A stretch of 64,000 bases of DNA, taken from a virus. Its lineage: Duplodnaviria > Caudoviricetes. Both the position numbers and the translations under genes were made by a program. The DNA lies in IMG/VR virus record IMGVR_UViG_3300018430_000021, positions 96,001 to 160,000 of that record; one strand, 5' to 3'. Shown here piece by piece: positions 59,961 through 64,000 of this stretch; the first letter of the stretch is position 1; every line of letters starts with the position of its first letter. The notes under the pieces were generated by a model. It saw only the letters and a program-made list of their open reading frames with translations. It ran no database searches and was not told where the DNA came from.

Positions 59961-60749
59961 ATGGTTTTTGGAGATTACTGTAATAAGATTAAGAATATTT
60001 TAGCTAGAACTCATCGCGATGTGAGTATTGTTGACTATAACATGGAACAGATTTTCGAAGCATATATTAACGATACTCCCGCCTCCAAGGTCATTGAAAA
60101 ACTATATAAATCTATGAATGAAGCTACAGCTGATACAGACTTTTTAAAATATAAGAATCGAGTACATACGATTCTTGAAAAACTGGGATATGATAAATCC
60201 GAACTTGATAACAAGAAGGTAACTGATACTATTTCTGATTTGTACGATACAAATGAAGATGAATACGCATGTGCCGAAATTTGTAAGGACGAAATCGACA
60301 AGGCACAAGAACTTAAACCAATTAAATTGACTTCTCGTCAAGTACAACATGTCCGCAATAACCTGATTATTGCATTACATCCGGTCAGCAACGCTGCTTT
60401 ACTAGATTTAAATGTTTCTCCTCAAGGAGCAGTGGTTAAAATCAAGGTTAGACTGACCCAGGGATTGCAGGAACTACATACCGACGCCAAGTCATATATT
60501 AAGGAAGTCCATAAGTATCTTCGTGCATTTTTGCTTCAGAATTCAAATACGGACGTAGATTTTAAAGTAAAGAGTTATTCAATTAAATTTAATAATTTGT
60601 ATTGTACATCAGAATTTTTTATACCTTTTAAGGACGCTAATGGAATACCGATACAACTGTTTAATGTGTATGATATTGCCAGAATAATTAAATCGCACTT
60701 GAATGTGTTAGAAACTTTTAGTGAACAATATAGGAATATAATTAAATAA
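59961..60749 (+). CDS. hypothetical protein
   Basis: Own TATAAATA at 59934-59941; no recognisable nuclease or intein motifs. Confidence 0.7.
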   Translation: MVFGDYCNKIKNILARTHRDVSIVDYNMEQIFEAYINDTPASKVIEKLYKSMNEATADTDFLKYKNRVHTILEKLGYDKSELDNKKVTDTISDLYDTNEDEYACAEICKDEIDKAQELKPIKLTSRQVQHVRNNLIIALHPVSNAALLDLNVSPQGAVVKIKVRLTQGLQELHTDAKSYIKEVHKYLRAFLLQNSNTDVDFKVKSYSIKFNNLYCTSEFFIPFKDANGIPIQLFNVYDIARIIKSHLNVLETFSEQYRNIIK

Positions 60750-60778
60750 AAAATCACCCTCACGGGTGATTTCTTTTT
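60748..60778. terminator. bidirectional terminator
   Basis: aaatcaccc-tcac-gggtgattt. Confidence 0.75.
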
Positions 60779-61547
60779 AACACTTAACATTTACATTTCC
60801 GACCGCATGAGGAGCGCCAGTAACGATACAGTTTGGTAAGTTATTGACGAACTGTTTTGCCAGATTTTTACCGAGCTGAACTTCACCCGCCTCAGAATCT
60901 ACCATGATATTTCCGGTTTCAGAATGAATATTGATTTGGCCGGTAGACTGGGCATTGATATTTACAGCAAGTTCAGATTCTATTGTAACGCTTGCCGGTT
61001 GCGATGCACCGCCAGCAGTAATTGTAACAGCACCTAACGGACTGATAGAAATTGTAGTACCAGAACGGTGAACGAACTTGGTTTCACCGGTTGTACGATT
61101 CAATGTCATATATTCACCCATATCAGTCTGCATGAGAATCATCTTATTCGGATATTCTGCGGGATTGATAACGGGAGATTTTGCTTTTTCTGTAATGTCA
61201 CAGCTGAATGCGACAGAATCGAAAACTGGTTTTTGAATGTCGCCGTGGTCGAAATAACCGCGAAGAACTGTACCAGTTTCCGGAACGATGAAGTTACCGG
61301 CCTTGGAACCGAGATAGGAAATATCAGGAATAGCCCAAGGCAAGGAAGCTTCTGGAATATCATCATACTTACCGATAATAAGAACTTTTACACGTCCTCT
61401 AAAAAGCGGATCTTTATTATCGATAACATAGCCCGTCCAACGGTTATGGTCTTCAGGAATTTCATAACTTCCGTTTAAAAAGTCGTCAAAACTTTGACCG
61501 AAGTTTTCTCGAAAATGTTTATAAAGATCACTATCGTTTTTTAACAT
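60777..61547 (-). CDS. baseplate central spike gp5-like (OB-fold plus short beta-helix, no lysozyme)
   Basis: GYVIDNKDPLFRGRVKV, LPWA, VPETG, HRSGT and C-terminal CIVTGAPH. Confidence 0.8.
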   Translation of the reverse strand: MLKNDSDLYKHFRENFGQSFDDFLNGSYEIPEDHNRWTGYVIDNKDPLFRGRVKVLIIGKYDDIPEASLPWAIPDISYLGSKAGNFIVPETGTVLRGYFDHGDIQKPVFDSVAFSCDITEKAKSPVINPAEYPNKMILMQTDMGEYMTLNRTTGETKFVHRSGTTISISPLGAVTITAGGASQPASVTIESELAVNINAQSTGQINIHSETGNIMVDSEAGEVQLGKNLAKQFVNNLPNCIVTGAPHAVGNVNVKC

Positions 61548-61555
61548 TTGTCACC

Positions 61556-62959
61556 TTACTTAATTAAACTACCTTCAGCAGTAATAGTGTCACGAACACC
61601 GATAATATTTATACTATACGAACCGTTAGCAACCCAAGTATGAACAAGTGAAGCGACAATATAATCACCAGTATGAACAGATACGTCATTCTGCGATGTT
61701 CCAGAAAAATCAATAGTGATTTTATCGGAAAGTTTTACTCGTTGATTCGGTTCATAATCTTTAAGAGTCTGTGTATTCGAATCATAGATGATAGATGCGA
61801 ATACTTGGAAAAATCTTCTGATTAAGGCCTTATTGTGTAATGGTGCTAAATCATAATATTGATGATTTTGTGCAAAGTGAACGTCGTTACTTATCTTGTT
61901 AATATTTTGAACATTCGATGTTGCACGGTTTGAAATACCGGTTACAAACGGAGGAGTAGTATCGCTATTTGAATATTTTCTGTAATGTTCTGGAATACTG
62001 AAAGCGCCAGAAATCATTTTTGTCAATACTACAGGTTTCATCGACAATAATTCAAAACCATGCATTGGGTTAAAAACATAGGATGCCGTTTTATTACCAC
62101 CGTCATTGACGATAAATCCCATATTTTGAACAGAACCTTCACTGTATGCACGATAATTTGATGCCGTAGTTTCATTGTTATTCTTTTGTAACTGGTGAAG
62201 CTTCGTAGTTTCCATATATCGACCGACAACAGATTTGTCGCCGCAAGTTCTAACAGAAGTTAGATAGAATTTTCCAGCTTTGTCAATATAGTAAAACGGT
62301 GCGTCGTCTTCGCCAAACCATGCATGACTTATAATTTTCTTGATAAACTGTTCATATGTATAATTTGTACTGAGCCAGTTCATCTTGTCTTTTGGGTCGC
62401 TTGTATATTGTGAAGATGGTTCATCGAAACCGGCTGCAGCAGCGACTTGTAATAATACTTCTTTACTTGAAAGCGATTCCGGCATAAGGTCCAACGGAGC
62501 AATCTTTCTTGGCCAGAAACATATATTGCTTAAGAAAGACAATGAACCATAAGTACAATCAAGAGTATAGTTGTAACGAATATTTGGCTGGAAAGTGGAC
62601 TGAACATCTTGGACCGTAAAGACGGATTCGATATATGGAGCCGGAGTAAAATCCAGCTTTATTCCTTCTGCTGGTCGTGGTGTAACTTTGATATAAAGTT
62701 TTTTACCGATTACAAAATTTATTTTTCTAAAATAAAGACCTGTATCAAAAAATTTGATATGAAGTTCTGGGAGGGAACCAAAAATGTTTTCGCTTAATGA
62801 AAAACTGAGAAGCTTTTCTGTTGGAATCAAGACACCAGATTTTTCCTTTTCATTATAATCGTAAAGAACGACAATATCGCAAAGCGAGCTTGTCTTTGTA
62901 GTACGATTTAATTCATCTGCTTCAGTTATACTGTAGATGACTTTGTTTCCGGTAGCCAT
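61556..62959 (-). CDS. baseplate hub protein, gp27-like
   Basis: SFSLSENIF...D and C-terminal TGDYIVASLVHTW...GVRD; adjacent to gp5. Confidence 0.6.
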   Translation of the reverse strand: MATGNKVIYSITEADELNRTTKTSSLCDIVVLYDYNEKEKSGVLIPTEKLLSFSLSENIFGSLPELHIKFFDTGLYFRKINFVIGKKLYIKVTPRPAEGIKLDFTPAPYIESVFTVQDVQSTFQPNIRYNYTLDCTYGSLSFLSNICFWPRKIAPLDLMPESLSSKEVLLQVAAAAGFDEPSSQYTSDPKDKMNWLSTNYTYEQFIKKIISHAWFGEDDAPFYYIDKAGKFYLTSVRTCGDKSVVGRYMETTKLHQLQKNNNETTASNYRAYSEGSVQNMGFIVNDGGNKTASYVFNPMHGFELLSMKPVVLTKMISGAFSIPEHYRKYSNSDTTPPFVTGISNRATSNVQNINKISNDVHFAQNHQYYDLAPLHNKALIRRFFQVFASIIYDSNTQTLKDYEPNQRVKLSDKITIDFSGTSQNDVSVHTGDYIVASLVHTWVANGSYSINIIGVRDTITAEGSLIK

Positions 62960-62960
62960 A

Positions 62961-63821
62961 TTAGATTCCTATTTCCATTCCTTTTGCGCCAGTTTCCCAA
63001 GAGGAGAGTTTTATCTTTTCGTCATTGAAAAACTTTAAAAGCGTTTCAGGTTTTCCGTCATTTTCAAAACACTTGAAACCGTTGTTGTTGACCATCAAGA
63101 GATACTTTACATTTCTTAAGTATATATAGAGCTGCATTGCGCCTACGATATTGAAAAGCGTATTATCTGATAAAGTATACCTGTAAAGCTTGGCAAATTT
63201 CTGAGCGATTGCAAGAGATTCCGAAGAGATATTCTGAAGTCTGCAAAGTAATTGAGAAAGTTTGCTCTGGTCATTGTTTGTATGTCTAATAAGTTCTTCA
63301 AGTTCTCTAGCGCAGTCACGGTTGAAAAATCTGTAATTAGTTCCGGTATTATAAACACCGAACGCCGCAGAAAGAACGTCATTATTCATCTGCTTATATT
63401 TGATACCGTCACCGCAAATTTCAGCACGAACACCCTTGACTTCGATTCGTGCACCCTGACTTGTATCAATCAAGTCACCTTCTTTTCCGCTAAAACAAAC
63501 ATTCTTGAAAGACGATACAAAAAGAAATTCGCCTTTACCGATAGCTGGACGTGCGGTTGTAATTTTTAATGCGTCTTCGATATAGCCATCGTTAAGATAA
63601 CCGTTCAAACCAGATCTTGTTAAAAAGTCATTCCATGAAATACCGCTAATATTTTGGAATTTAAAGGTATTTTTATTTAAAAATTCGAAAAAAGCTTCCG
63701 GAGAAGTTTTTAAATGTTTCAAAAGAAGCATGCCGTGTTGGTTGGCAATATCCTTATGTTTCCCGTATTTTTGCGGGGTCCAGAAGTCATTGAGAAGCTT
63801 GTTTAAACTATTAAAATCCAT
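62961..63821 (-). CDS. hypothetical protein, possible PD-(D/E)xK-like fold
   Basis: IGKGE...GDLID...IEVKG. Confidence 0.6.
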   Translation of the reverse strand: MDFNSLNKLLNDFWTPQKYGKHKDIANQHGMLLLKHLKTSPEAFFEFLNKNTFKFQNISGISWNDFLTRSGLNGYLNDGYIEDALKITTARPAIGKGEFLFVSSFKNVCFSGKEGDLIDTSQGARIEVKGVRAEICGDGIKYKQMNNDVLSAAFGVYNTGTNYRFFNRDCARELEELIRHTNNDQSKLSQLLCRLQNISSESLAIAQKFAKLYRYTLSDNTLFNIVGAMQLYIYLRNVKYLLMVNNNGFKCFENDGKPETLLKFFNDEKIKLSSWETGAKGMEIGI

Positions 63822-63825
63822 ACAT

Positions 63826-63837
63826 TATTTATAAATA
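63826..63837. promoter_or_regulatory. palindromic bidirectional late promoter with an ATG 4 nt away on both sides
   Basis: CAT-acat-TATTTATAAATA-tagc-ATG. Confidence 0.8.
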
Positions 63838-63841
63838 TAGC

Positions 63842-64000
63842 ATGGGTTTATGTAACGTCTATAACTTTTCCAATAATAGAACTGTTAAGCTTTCGGACTC
63901 ATATAGCGTTCAGGTAAAGCTTACTGATTTGGATATGGCTAAATTTAAAAGTGTTGTCGGTAAATATTCTTGGGCTACTGACGACATTTTGACATTGCCG
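63842..64000 (+). CDS. partial ORF, probable paralog of the tube-like N-domain of 2167-3642
   Basis: MGLCNVYNFSNNRTVKLSDSYSVQV versus MGLLNVYSFNKTIKPHIAYRFKV. Confidence 0.6.
   Translation, partial: MGLCNVYNFSNNRTVKLSDSYSVQVKLTDLDMAKFKSVVGKYSWATDDILTLP

Noticed and set aside
59961-60749. Homing endonuclease or IntC expected downstream of terL-N
   Set aside because: No HNH, GIY-YIG, LAGLIDADG or HN-C/S/T junction motif is visible.
1-64000. Alternative genetic code (stop-codon reassignment)
   Set aside because: Core genes are full length and densely packed under the standard bacterial code.

Overview
This window is the virion morphogenesis (late gene) region of a large T4-like contractile-tailed phage. 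It contains portal, prohead protease, scaffold, major capsid, gp13 and two gp14 neck proteins, gp4, a putative small terminase, sheath, tube and several tube-like paralogs, two gp6 wedges, gp5, gp26- and gp27-like hub proteins, large fibre-like proteins, RegA, a RuvC-like nuclease and a HAD nucleotidase. Gene order and orientation are scrambled relative to T4, and many genes or short gene groups have their own TATAAATA late promoter and a hairpin terminator. The main finding is that the large terminase is broken into two genes about 59 kb apart on opposite strands. The ATPase half (58971-59930, +) ends in a 36-aa N-intein fragment. An ORF missed by the ORF track (427 to <1, -) begins with a 101-aa C-intein fragment followed by the start of the nuclease half, so protein trans-splicing would rebuild QEYA|CSFIGS. 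Other findings are a small protein carrying a 21/27-identical copy of the major capsid N-arm, a recurrent helical tag and LxE sites suggesting a family of head-packaged processed proteins, widespread leaderless TATAAATA-N4-ATG late genes, and a roughly 500-bp structured non-coding locus (8705-9241). All family calls come from motif recognition by eye; no database search was run.
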